IMG/VR virus record: IMGVR_UViG_3300048599_000861
Coordinates: 1-63,568 of that record
DNA from: a virus
Lineage: Duplodnaviria; Caudoviricetes
DNA: 63,568 nucleotides
Direction: 5' to 3' (one strand)
Shown: piece by piece, positions 35,181 through 44,626 of the stretch
Layout: each line of letters opens with the position of its first letter
How positions within the stretch are numbered: position 1 is the stretch's first letter
Program-made: the position numbers and the translations under genes
Notes under the pieces: generated by a model
Told to the model about the DNA's origin: nothing
What the model saw: the letters and a program-made list of their open reading frames with translations, nothing else
Database searches by the model: none

Positions 35181-37205
35181 ATGCGTCACTTATTGATCGC
35201 TCTGGTTTCGTTTGCCGTGGCGCATGCCGCGGTCACAAAAACGCCTACGGACTGTGCGACGCGTCCGTGCCTCTATGAGATTACCTGCGACGCGGCGAGT
35301 TGCACGGCTGGCGAGCTTGCCGAGGTGCAGGCAGCTCTGTCGAACGCCTACCGCGGCGACACTATCTCATTGGAGGCTGGGCGCATCTGGGAGGGCACCC
35401 TGTGGGTCACCGCGCGGCCCGGCTCATCCGGCTACCTGACCATCCAGTCGAGCGCGGTCGCCTCGCTACCGGATGGCGTGCGTGTAACTCCAGGCCACGC
35501 ACCCCTGATGCCGCGGATTCAGCTACCGCCGTCAGCGGCTGGTGGAGCGTGGGAGGGCATCGTGATCGACTCCTCCACGCCTCCGGTGGAGTATGTGCGG
35601 TTCATCGGGCTGGAGATCGCCGGCAATCCGGCCGTTACCGGCGCGCAGCGCGCGTCGTTGGATCTCGTACGGCTCGACCAAAACACCGCTACGTCCATCG
35701 ATCAGTTGCCCAACCACATCGAGTTCCTACGCTGTTACCTGCACGGGGCGATTGCGGGCGAGGTGAGGAATGCGTTCCTGGCGAATGCGCGGGACTTCGT
35801 GTTGCGCGATTCGTACCTGAGCGAAATCAAGATGGTGGGGATCGAGACTCATGGGGTTAGCTCCTATAACAGCCCGGGACCATTCACGGTCGAGAACAAC
35901 TACATCGAGGCGGCCGGAATCGGGATGCTGTGGGGCGGTGGAAGCGGAGGCGGATCGATCACGACCGAGATGAACCCGTCCAATGGGGTCATCCGCTACA
36001 ACTACGTCACCAGACCGCTGAAGTGGTTCTCGGCTTCGGCGGACTTCACCGGGGCCGAGCCGATCCACAAGAACCTACTGGAGTGGAAGCAGGGGAGTAA
36101 TTGGTTGGTCGAGTACAACCTGCTGACCAACTCGTACAAAGGCGCGCAGAATAACCAGTCCGGCGCCGCGGTGGCTGTCAATATGCGCCTGCCGTTCCCG
36201 GACGCCACCTGGGCGGTGACCGAGGACATCATATTTCGGCGCAACATGGTGCGCGGCGCTGCAGGGACCTGGTCGTCACTCGGGAAGGACGACCTCTACG
36301 GATATACCGGAACTGTCCGCAGGATCGCGATCACGGATAACCTGTTCACTGACATCGGCAAGCAGTGGTTCAGCTCCAACTCCGCGGCGGGTCTCTACTT
36401 CGGGAGGGTGATCTACGGGCAGGAAGACTTCGCCGTAGAGCGAAACACCACCTACTACCTACATCAGAATGACGACGATCAGGGGGTTGGGATCTCCTAT
36501 GAGGGCTCGTACCCGATTGTCAACTTTACGTTCAGGGACAACTTGACGCCTCGCGGCCAGTACGGATTCAAGATGTCGGGTTACGGCTCGGACGGCGCGT
36601 CTCTCACGGCGGGTACGACCGGAACCCTGGTTGTGACCAACAACACGTTCCCCGGGGCGAGCACATTCTTATGCACGACGTGTTCAGACAACATGTACCC
36701 CGCCCGCGCTTCTTGGGACGCCAACATTGCAGGTTGGGTCAGTCCGTCCACGGGTGACTACTCACTCGGGGCGGAGTCTCCATATCTGACGGCTGGCAGC
36801 ACCGGAGGGCCGCTCGGGGCTGATATGGACGCGCTCGCGCAGATTCGCACGCTGACTGTGACTCCGGCTCCTACGAGTGCCGCGTTGACCTGGACCTTGA
36901 CCGACCCCATCTCGACGTTGCCGTGCACGCTTGAGGTATCCAGCGATCGGAACCTCCTGAGCAAGCTTGGCGCGTGGACGCTGGTGTCGGACACTGATCC
37001 ATCAGTCGGGGGACCATCTGGCACCATCTCCGGGGGCGCTTCTCGATCGGTCGCGGTCAACGGACTCACGCCGGCGACCACTTACTATTACCGGTTGATG
37101 TGTCCAGGAGATGCGGCCGAGGGATCTGTAATGACCTCGGGGCAGATGATATCACAACCAACTCGAGTGTTTGGCGTTCGCATTTCTGGGGGTAGGATTC
37201 GCTGA
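35181..37205 (+). CDS. Exported right-handed beta-helix (pectin-lyase-like) protein with C-terminal FN3
   Basis: Signal MRHLLIALVSFAVAHA; GDTISLEAG; GPFTVENNYIEAAG; KNLLEWK; VNGLTPATTYYYRL. Confidence 0.75.
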   Translation: MRHLLIALVSFAVAHAAVTKTPTDCATRPCLYEITCDAASCTAGELAEVQAALSNAYRGDTISLEAGRIWEGTLWVTARPGSSGYLTIQSSAVASLPDGVRVTPGHAPLMPRIQLPPSAAGGAWEGIVIDSSTPPVEYVRFIGLEIAGNPAVTGAQRASLDLVRLDQNTATSIDQLPNHIEFLRCYLHGAIAGEVRNAFLANARDFVLRDSYLSEIKMVGIETHGVSSYNSPGPFTVENNYIEAAGIGMLWGGGSGGGSITTEMNPSNGVIRYNYVTRPLKWFSASADFTGAEPIHKNLLEWKQGSNWLVEYNLLTNSYKGAQNNQSGAAVAVNMRLPFPDATWAVTEDIIFRRNMVRGAAGTWSSLGKDDLYGYTGTVRRIAITDNLFTDIGKQWFSSNSAAGLYFGRVIYGQEDFAVERNTTYYLHQNDDDQGVGISYEGSYPIVNFTFRDNLTPRGQYGFKMSGYGSDGASLTAGTTGTLVVTNNTFPGASTFLCTTCSDNMYPARASWDANIAGWVSPSTGDYSLGAESPYLTAGSTGGPLGADMDALAQIRTLTVTPAPTSAALTWTLTDPISTLPCTLEVSSDRNLLSKLGAWTLVSDTDPSVGGPSGTISGGASRSVAVNGLTPATTYYYRLMCPGDAAEGSVMTSGQMISQPTRVFGVRISGGRIR

Positions 37206-37289
37206 CCGGTCGCAGGGTCCAGGCGCGAGCATATGTCGTTCAAATCTCCCATGAAGCGATGAATCTCATCTATGAGTGCCTGTCGGCCA

Positions 37290-37652
37290 CTAACCACCAC
37301 CCGAGTGATCGGGCGTCGCTTTGTCATCAGTTTCCTCGAAGTGCTTTTTTCCGAAACGCCGGAACAGCGGGAGAGAGCCATAAATATGCTTCTCGAACGC
37401 TCGGATATAGTCATCCGGGGCCAACTCCAGGAAATCGATGAAGCTGTCTACAAGCTTGCGTGACTTGTCCGGGAGCTTTGCTATCCGGCCCGCAATAGGA
37501 GGAAGGGTGGTATGTGGTGCTTCCTTACCTAGACTGTTCTCAACTGCCTGCGCGACAAAGTCTTGCAGGCTCATTCCACGGCGGGTGGCTTCGACCTTTG
37601 CCTGGGTGTGCAGGCGGCCGGGAAATCTCAAGGTCACTGTCGGTTCGCTCAT
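37290..37652 (-). CDS. Ribbon-helix-helix transcriptional regulator (candidate immunity repressor)
   Basis: TVTLRFPGRLHTQAKVEATRRGMSLQDFVAQAVE = RHH pattern; divergent from the replication operon across operator 3. Confidence 0.75.
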   Translation of the reverse strand: MSEPTVTLRFPGRLHTQAKVEATRRGMSLQDFVAQAVENSLGKEAPHTTLPPIAGRIAKLPDKSRKLVDSFIDFLELAPDDYIRAFEKHIYGSLPLFRRFGKKHFEETDDKATPDHSGGG

Positions 37653-37710
37653 ATATCTAGTCCATTTCGGCGGTGATTCTTCACAGATTTTTCTGCGTCC
37701 GCAGGCCGCT

Positions 37711-37756
37711 TGTACACAAATATACTGAGCCATTTGCGTACAAAACCCTTTACCAT
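37711..37756 (+). promoter_or_regulatory. Operator copy 3 plus -10 TACCAT (genetic-switch region)
   Basis: TGTACACAA 37711-37719, N14, TTGCGTACA 37734-37742, TACCAT 37751-37756. Confidence 0.75.
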
Positions 37757-37829
37757 CCTCTCGTAGCCGCAGCGGGCAAGTAAGCGCAGTTATAGACTAC
37801 GCTGCTTCTCCACATGCGGTCAAGCACAA

Positions 37830-39551
37830 ATGTGTACTATGCCAATTGGTACCGCCGACACTCGCGTTGAGATCATCGGTCCCCGAATTTTCCTACACAC
37901 CGGGTTCGCTAACTTGCTCCTTTGCAAGCGGATACCGGGTGGTGCGTGGGACACTGAACGCCGCGCCTGGAGTTACCCGGCGACCCCGCAGGCGGCGCGA
38001 TTAATAAAAGGATATTTCAAGGGCGTCGCGTCGGAGAGCCTGAACGCCCTGGCGAACCGCAAGCCACGGCGCGCGCAGGTTCCCTCGGCCCGGCCCGCCG
38101 AGGTTACCCCACCCAAGCCGGCGCAGGCACCCCCCGCCACGATTCCCAACCTGAAGACCAGCCCCTGGAAACATCAGATCCTCGCGTACCAATTCCTCCG
38201 TTCCATTTTTCAGCCCGAGGGCGGTTGGGCGCTGCTGGCCATGGGAATGGGCACGGGAAAGAGCCTCACGACCATCGGCGCAGCGTGCAACCTCGACGCG
38301 GATCTGATCCTGGTGATCTGCCCCTTGCGCGTCGTCGACGTCTGGCCGCTTCAGTTTCGGCTCCATGCGGGCATTCCGATTCGCGTCTTAGCACTCGGCG
38401 ACGACGCCGGCACGGTCGCGCAGAAGATGAAGCGCGCGTCCGATGCGACGAAGCTCGCGCAGACGCGCGGCGAGCGGCTGGCGATCGTGATCAACTACGA
38501 GTCGCTCTGGCGCGATCCCTTCGCCCAATGGGCACTGGCGCAGAAGTGGGGCTTGGTCATCTGCGACGAGAGCCACAGGATCAAGAAGCCCAGCGGTAAG
38601 GCGTCGGTGTTTTGCGGCCGGTTGCGCACGCGCTCTCGGTACCGCCTGGCGCTCACCGGGACGCCGATGCCGCACAGTCCCCTGGATATCTACGGGCAGT
38701 TCCGGTTTCTGGACAACCGCATCCTTGGCAATTCCTACCACGCCTTCAAGCAGCGGTTCGCCGTGATGGGAGGGTTCCAGCAGAAACAGGTTGTCGCGTA
38801 CCGCAACCTCGAGGAACTCGAAGCGCTGATGCGGACGATCACGTTCCGGGTTGGCAAGGATGTTCTGGACCTCCCGCCCGAAACCCATGTCACATATCAC
38901 TGCGACCTGACTCCTGATGGGGCGCGTGCGTACAAGGCGCTGGAGAAGGACTTCGTGGCCGAGGTCAAAGAGGGCCTCATTACCGCCGCGAATGCGATGG
39001 TCAAGCTGCTTCGCCTGCAGCAGATCACCGGAGGCACCGTAAAGACCGACGATGATCGGTTTGTCCAAATCGACCAGAGCAAGCAGAGTCTCCTGGCCGA
39101 CACGCTCGAGGACATCGGGACGGATCGCGCGGATGGGTTCGAAGCTTCCGGCGAGCCTGTCGTGGTCTTCTGCCGCTTCCACTCCGACCTCGACGCGGTC
39201 CATGCCGCGGCGGCGAGCCTGGGCTTCACCAGCATGGAGCTATCGGGCCGACGCGACGACCTCAAGGAGTGGCAGGCCGGTAAGGCACAGGTCCTGGCGG
39301 TCCAGATCAGCGCGGGCGGCGTTGGCGTAGACCTAACCCGCGCCCGGTACAACATCTACTACTCGCTTTCGTACAGCCTCGGCGAGTACGACCAGTCTCT
39401 GTCCCGCGTTCACCGGCCCGGTCAGACGAGGCCGGTAACGCACATCCATCTCGTCGCGCGCGGGACCGTTGACGAGAAAGTCATCCGGGCGCTTGAAGCG
39501 CGCGCCGAGGTGATCGAATCCATCCTCAACCAAATCAAGGAGCAGGCATGA
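37830..39551 (+). CDS. SNF2/DEAD-like superfamily 2 helicase
   Basis: MGMGTGKS; ICDESH; LTGTP; GGVGVDLT; QSLSRVHRPGQ. Confidence 0.93.
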   Translation: MCTMPIGTADTRVEIIGPRIFLHTGFANLLLCKRIPGGAWDTERRAWSYPATPQAARLIKGYFKGVASESLNALANRKPRRAQVPSARPAEVTPPKPAQAPPATIPNLKTSPWKHQILAYQFLRSIFQPEGGWALLAMGMGTGKSLTTIGAACNLDADLILVICPLRVVDVWPLQFRLHAGIPIRVLALGDDAGTVAQKMKRASDATKLAQTRGERLAIVINYESLWRDPFAQWALAQKWGLVICDESHRIKKPSGKASVFCGRLRTRSRYRLALTGTPMPHSPLDIYGQFRFLDNRILGNSYHAFKQRFAVMGGFQQKQVVAYRNLEELEALMRTITFRVGKDVLDLPPETHVTYHCDLTPDGARAYKALEKDFVAEVKEGLITAANAMVKLLRLQQITGGTVKTDDDRFVQIDQSKQSLLADTLEDIGTDRADGFEASGEPVVVFCRFHSDLDAVHAAAASLGFTSMELSGRRDDLKEWQAGKAQVLAVQISAGGVGVDLTRARYNIYYSLSYSLGEYDQSLSRVHRPGQTRPVTHIHLVARGTVDEKVIRALEARAEVIESILNQIKEQA

Positions 39552-39745
39552 AGGTCGAGTTGACCGTTACGTTTACCGGCGACGAGATCCTGGCCATGTG
39601 CGCGGAGCGCGTGGCCAAGATCGAAACCGCCGTTCCGGGCAAGTTCAAGCTTCACCATGGCCTCTACGGCGCGCGTGAAGTTGTGGCCGAGTTCGTCCCC
39701 GACGAGACGAAACCGGCGCCCGAACCTGCGGAGGCCGCCGAGTGA
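39548..39745 (+). CDS. Hypothetical protein
   Basis: ATGA coupling, AAGGAG RBS. Confidence 0.6.
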   Translation: MKVELTVTFTGDEILAMCAERVAKIETAVPGKFKLHHGLYGAREVVAEFVPDETKPAPEPAEAAE

Positions 39746-39975
39746 TCCCCATCGAACCCTGGATGCGGGAGAACCCATTCACCTTCCACCACAACGGTGA
39801 GGGCAACTACACGGTTCGGGACCTGAACGGCAAGGCCCTCGGTACGGTCGTCTCCACGGCGCCCGTCGCCGCGACCGGGAAGTTCGTTATCCCGGGCAGG
39901 CCCGAACTGTACAACCACATCAGCGAAGCGGCCCACGTGCTCGCCGCCGAGCAAAAGCAGGAGGTGGCCGCTTGA
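39742..39975 (+). CDS. Hypothetical protein
   Basis: GTGA coupling, GGAGG RBS. Confidence 0.6.
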   Translation: MIPIEPWMRENPFTFHHNGEGNYTVRDLNGKALGTVVSTAPVAATGKFVIPGRPELYNHISEAAHVLAAEQKQEVAA

Positions 39976-40412
39976 ACACCGCCGAGCTTAAGGAGTTCGT
40001 GGCGCTGGAGGGCGAGAAGTCCGACCTGAAGACCCGCCTGAAGGCCATCGAGTCTCGCCTGGGTGAACTCGACGAGTCGCTCACCAAGCAATTCATCGAG
40101 GACGGCATCCAGTCGACCCGCATCGACGGTCGTACGGTCTACCTCCACCGCGACATATACGCCTCGGCCAAGGACGGCGACAAAGAGGCGGTGATCGTGG
40201 CGCTGAAGGAGTGCGACCTCAGCCAGTACGTCCGCGAGGATTACAACGCCAACTTGCTCAAGGCATTCGTGCGCGAGATGGTCCACGAGGCAGAGGAGAA
40301 GGCTCGCCTTGAGGGCCGCGTGCTCGACGATCCGGCGCAGGCAGTCCCCGCCCGCCTGGCCGAAACCATCAACATCTCGACCGTCTTCTCGGTTTCGAGT
40401 CGGCGGTCCTAA
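39972..40412 (+). CDS. Conserved phage replication-module coiled-coil protein
   Basis: TTGA coupling, AGGAGG RBS; EDGIQSTRIDGRTVYL..LLKAFVRE. Confidence 0.65.
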   Translation: MNTAELKEFVALEGEKSDLKTRLKAIESRLGELDESLTKQFIEDGIQSTRIDGRTVYLHRDIYASAKDGDKEAVIVALKECDLSQYVREDYNANLLKAFVREMVHEAEEKARLEGRVLDDPAQAVPARLAETINISTVFSVSSRRS

Positions 40413-40425
40413 CCCAAGGAGGAAA

Positions 40426-41196
40426 ATGAGCAAGGAACTCACAGTACAGCAACCCACGCCGGTAACGGCGTTGCGGGTGCTAAACGCCGATTCGAACCTG
40501 GAACTCGTCCAGGCCGCCATCGCCGAAAACGTCGGAGCGGGCGGCATCACCGAGTTCGATTTCGACCGCATCAAGATCCCCGCCGGCGGTGGCCTGTCGT
40601 TCAACGTGACCACGCTGGAGGGCGAGGACTCCGAGAAGACCATCACCGGAGTGATCGTCCTGGCGCGCGACGCTCGCGCGTTCTGGCAGAAGTCGCTCGA
40701 CGAGGGCGGCGGCAACCAGCCCCCGGACTGCCACTCGAACGATGGCATCACCGGGATCGCCAACCCCGGCGTGAATGCGGGCGGCGACTGCACCAAGTGC
40801 CCGCTGGCCCAGTTTGGCAGCGACACCAAGGTCGTCAACGGCGCCACGGTCCAGGGCCGCGGTCAGGCGTGCAAGGCGATCCGGCAACTGTTCATCCTGC
40901 GGGGCGACTCGCTGCTCCCCGTGGTCCTGGCGCTGCCGCCGACCAGCCTGAAGGCCGCGAAGCAGTACATGCTGCGCCTCGCCGGCCAGGGCGTGCCCTA
41001 CTGGGCGGCCATCACGAAGATCGGATTGGAGAACGCGCAGAACGGCGGCGGGATCAAGTATTCCAAGGCCACCTTCGCGTTCGCGGGCCTGCTCAACGAG
41101 GAGCAGAAGGCCAAGGCGAAGCTCTACTCCGACATGCTGAAACCCCTCGTCGTCCGCATGGTCGTGGACGTAACCGATTACTCGGAGGAGAAGTAG
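40426..41196 (+). CDS. Putative ssDNA-binding / recombination protein
   Basis: RIKIPAGGG; PPDCHSNDG; CTKCPLAQFGS; GQACK; LPPTSLK; acidic C-terminus. Confidence 0.55.
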   Translation: MSKELTVQQPTPVTALRVLNADSNLELVQAAIAENVGAGGITEFDFDRIKIPAGGGLSFNVTTLEGEDSEKTITGVIVLARDARAFWQKSLDEGGGNQPPDCHSNDGITGIANPGVNAGGDCTKCPLAQFGSDTKVVNGATVQGRGQACKAIRQLFILRGDSLLPVVLALPPTSLKAAKQYMLRLAGQGVPYWAAITKIGLENAQNGGGIKYSKATFAFAGLLNEEQKAKAKLYSDMLKPLVVRMVVDVTDYSEEK

Positions 41197-41544
41197 GTGT
41201 TCGGAGACACCCTGATCGCGCTCAACAAGGGCGCTACCGTTGCCGAACTCAACGACAAGCTGTCCGAGGTCGTGGCCGCAGTACGGGCCACGGCCAAGGC
41301 CGGCGCTGTCTCGCTCACGCTCAAGATCACGCCCGGTTCGAAAGGCAACGCCGACATGGTGTTCATCGAACCCGACGTCAAGATCAAGATCCCGTCCGCT
41401 CCCAAGGGAGCCACGCTGTTTTTCACCACCGACGATAACCGGCTGACGCGCCGCGACGAGCGCCAGGAAGAACTGCCGTTCGATGCCGCGAACGTGAAGG
41501 TCATCGACATGAAACCCGAAACCAGGGTCAGGGAGGCCATGTGA
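41197..41544 (+). CDS. Conserved phage protein (partner of DUF2303)
   Basis: ELNDKLSEVVAAVRATAKAGAVSLTLKI..FFTTDDNRLTRRD. Confidence 0.7.
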   Translation: MFGDTLIALNKGATVAELNDKLSEVVAAVRATAKAGAVSLTLKITPGSKGNADMVFIEPDVKIKIPSAPKGATLFFTTDDNRLTRRDERQEELPFDAANVKVIDMKPETRVREAM

Positions 41545-42422
41545 ACGCAGAAACCGTCAAAGGACTCGGAACCCTCAGCGCGCCGGCGGGCACGGTAGAA
41601 GCCATCGCGAAACTCGCCCGGGTGTCGCACTCGCCGATCAGGCTGGATACGCCCGACCCGCGCAAGCCCGCGCCGTTCGTGGTCGCCCCCACCGATTACG
41701 AGATCAAGCGCCCCGAGGTCCCGCTGTGGCCCTCGCGGATCGCGCAGGAGGTCGATCTGCACGACGCCACGAGCTTCTCGGCGTACGTGAACGACTTCAA
41801 GGAGAAGACGACCACCGTCTTCCTCGACGAAGACCAGCGCACCTTCACCGCGATCCTGGATTACCACCAGGCGAGCGGAGGGAAGGAAGATGTCGCTCCG
41901 CGCTGGTGCGATCACGTGGCCACGTTCACCGCGGCGACCACCCCGGAGTGGGATACCTGGTTCGGGAGCAACAAGAAGGCGTTCGGACAGGTCGAGTTCG
42001 CCACGTTCCTCGAAGACAACCTGATCGACGTCGCCGAGCCTCCGGGGGCCGACCTCCTGGAGATCACCCGCACGCTGGAAGCGAAGAAGGACGTGTCGTA
42101 CTCCAGCGCCATCCGTCTGAACAACGGCTCCGTCCGCATCAACTACGACGAGGCCATCAAGGGCACGGCCAACACGCAGGCCGGCGTCATCGAGATCCCG
42201 GAACAGTTCACGCTCCAGATTCAGGTCATCAAGGGCGGTAGCCAGTTCCGGTTCCCGGCGCGCTTCAAATACCGGCTGAAGGACCGCTCGCTGTACCTCT
42301 GGTACGAGATCGTGCGGCCGCACAAGATCCTGGAGCAGGCCATGGCCGAGACCGTCGCCGCGATCCAGGAAGCCACGGGCATGACCATCCGCAAGGGAGT
42401 CGCCGAGCTACCCACCGAATAA
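41541..42422 (+). CDS. DUF2303 (YfdQ-like) protein
   Basis: SFSAYVN..TAILDYH..QVEFATFLEDN..IPEQFTL..ARFKYR. Confidence 0.85.
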   Translation: MNAETVKGLGTLSAPAGTVEAIAKLARVSHSPIRLDTPDPRKPAPFVVAPTDYEIKRPEVPLWPSRIAQEVDLHDATSFSAYVNDFKEKTTTVFLDEDQRTFTAILDYHQASGGKEDVAPRWCDHVATFTAATTPEWDTWFGSNKKAFGQVEFATFLEDNLIDVAEPPGADLLEITRTLEAKKDVSYSSAIRLNNGSVRINYDEAIKGTANTQAGVIEIPEQFTLQIQVIKGGSQFRFPARFKYRLKDRSLYLWYEIVRPHKILEQAMAETVAAIQEATGMTIRKGVAELPTE

Positions 42423-42437
42423 CCCAGGGACCTATTC

Positions 42438-44183
42438 GTGGATCAAGCGAAACAATTCCTGGAGGCGCTCTTCGCCGCGAAGGAGCCAGGTGAGCACGTG
42501 CTCATCTGGCTTCTCGACGGCAAGCGTTCGGCCTGGTTCGACGACCTGGACAAGGCCGCTGCGTTCGTACACGAGAACCGCTCACGGGACGTGTACGTGG
42601 GGGTGGCGCTCTCCCCCAAGGACCACGGAGCGCACCTCCGCTTGAAGATCGAAAACACCGAGCGGATGCCTTCCTCGATCGTCGGTTTGTGGTCGGACAT
42701 CGATATCGCCGACACGGTCCACAAGAAGAAGAACCTCGCTCCATCCACCGAGCAGGCCATGACGGTCCTGTTCCCCGAATTCCCTCCGTCTATCCTGATT
42801 CACTCCGGGGGTGGCCTGCAGGCGTGGTGGCTGTTCAAGGAACCGTGGGTACTAGAGAACGAGGAAGAAACAGCCAAGGCCGGCGCGCTGGCCACGCGCT
42901 GGATACGGGCCATTCGGGCCCGCGCCGCGGCGAAGGGCTGGGATATTGACTCGGTCGGCGACCTGACGCGCGTGCTGCGCGTCCCAGGCACGAACAACTG
43001 CAAGATCCCAGGGAAGCCCCGCCCGGTACAGTTACTCCAGATCAACGACCGCCGTTACGACCCGTCCAACCTGGAGGACATTCTCGACTTCATGGGGGCC
43101 GAGCGGGTGAGCACCGTCAAGGCCCAGGTCGTTTCGGGCGAGCAGGTGAAGTACTCCTCCGACGCCGAGCCGCCCCTGCAGCGGTTCCAGGTGCTGTGCG
43201 AGGTGGAGCCGAAGTTCAAAGCCGCGTGGGACCACACGCGCAAGGATCTGAAAGACCAGACCGCCTCGGCGTACGACATGGCGCTCGCCAACTTCGCCGT
43301 GCAGTCGGGCTGGAACGACCAGGAAATCACGGACCTCCTCATCGCCCACCGGCGACGCTATAAGGAGGACCTGAAGCTCCGGGACAGCTACCACGCGAAG
43401 ACGATCTCCAAGGCCCGCGCCAAGTTCTCGGGCGGCGACGTGGTGCGCGAGCTCGAATACCTAATCACCCCGGAACCGGAGGCGGCGGCGCGCGAGGCCG
43501 ATGGGGAAAAGAAACCCGCCCCCGCCGTCAAGCCCGATCCGGCGCAGAAGAAGGGATCGATCAAGGACCGCATCGCCCAGCTATTCGGGGTCGAGATCAC
43601 CCGCATCAAGAAGTACCTGTCCGACCCGCCCGAATACGAACTGGAGACCCCGGAGGGCTGCATCCGCCTGGGCGAGGTCCAGAACCTCATTCGCCCGGAC
43701 GCGCTGCAGTTGAAGATCGCCGCGGTCGCCGGGAAGCTGATCCCGGACTTCAAGCGCGGCGCGCAGTGGTCGATCATCGCGAAGGCCCTGCTGGAGGCGG
43801 TCGTCGAGGTCCCTGTCGGCGCCGAGGGTTCGGACGCGGGGCTGGCGAATAGCTGGCTCGCGGCGTACCTCGACGCGAAGCCTGTCCTGGACAGCATCGG
43901 CGAGGCCGATGCCAGCAAGTCCCCGTTCAAGAAAGACGGGCGCATCCACGTGTACCTGGGCGATCTTAGGCGCTGGGTCCACGTATCCCACGGCGACCGC
44001 ATTCCCCCAAAGGAACTCGGCATCAAGCTGCGCCGCGCCGGCGCGGAGCCGACCGTGGTCGGGTTCGAAGGAACTACCCGCCAGGTCTGGCGGTTGGCCG
44101 ATGGCTTCGCGCCGCAGAAGCGCTCGGCAGACCCACCCTCGTGGGTCACCGATGAAGAGCCAGTGAAGGAGCACATCAATTGA
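42438..44183 (+). CDS. DNA primase (RepB/AEP-like primase-polymerase domain)
   Basis: LWSDID; IHSGGGLQAWW; DLTRVLRVPGTNN; primase C-terminal-like ASAYDMALA. Confidence 0.8.
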   Translation: MDQAKQFLEALFAAKEPGEHVLIWLLDGKRSAWFDDLDKAAAFVHENRSRDVYVGVALSPKDHGAHLRLKIENTERMPSSIVGLWSDIDIADTVHKKKNLAPSTEQAMTVLFPEFPPSILIHSGGGLQAWWLFKEPWVLENEEETAKAGALATRWIRAIRARAAAKGWDIDSVGDLTRVLRVPGTNNCKIPGKPRPVQLLQINDRRYDPSNLEDILDFMGAERVSTVKAQVVSGEQVKYSSDAEPPLQRFQVLCEVEPKFKAAWDHTRKDLKDQTASAYDMALANFAVQSGWNDQEITDLLIAHRRRYKEDLKLRDSYHAKTISKARAKFSGGDVVRELEYLITPEPEAAAREADGEKKPAPAVKPDPAQKKGSIKDRIAQLFGVEITRIKKYLSDPPEYELETPEGCIRLGEVQNLIRPDALQLKIAAVAGKLIPDFKRGAQWSIIAKALLEAVVEVPVGAEGSDAGLANSWLAAYLDAKPVLDSIGEADASKSPFKKDGRIHVYLGDLRRWVHVSHGDRIPPKELGIKLRRAGAEPTVVGFEGTTRQVWRLADGFAPQKRSADPPSWVTDEEPVKEHIN

Positions 44184-44626
44184 CGGAGTACGTTGCTGGA
44201 TTTCTCTTTTCGCCTGACCGGGAACTCGTGGCACTTATTCGGAAGAACCGCCCGCAGTGGCAGGCGGGCCGGTTGAATGCCATCGGAGGCCACATCGAAC
44301 CGACCGACGATTGCCCGAAGTTCGCCATGCGGCGTGAGTTCGAAGAGGAGGCGGGGGTATCGCTGCCATCACGGGAATGGCCCGATGACTGGCAGCACTT
44401 CTGCACCGTCGCCGGGGACGGATGGCGCGTCCACTATTACCGCTCATTCTCCGCTGCCATCTACAACCTGGAGAGTCCTACCGACGAAAAGGTGGCTCTA
44501 TACGGCGTCGCACAGCTACCGCGCGAGTGCATGACCAACGTGCAGTGGCTGATCGCGATGGCGCTCTCGATGGACACGGAGCGCGCGGCGTCCTTCGATA
44601 TCCGGGAAATCGGGCGGGGCATGTGA
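44180..44626 (+). CDS. NUDIX hydrolase
   Basis: Nudix box GGHIE......AMRREFEEEAG. Confidence 0.9.
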   Translation: MTEYVAGFLFSPDRELVALIRKNRPQWQAGRLNAIGGHIEPTDDCPKFAMRREFEEEAGVSLPSREWPDDWQHFCTVAGDGWRVHYYRSFSAAIYNLESPTDEKVALYGVAQLPRECMTNVQWLIAMALSMDTERAASFDIREIGRGM

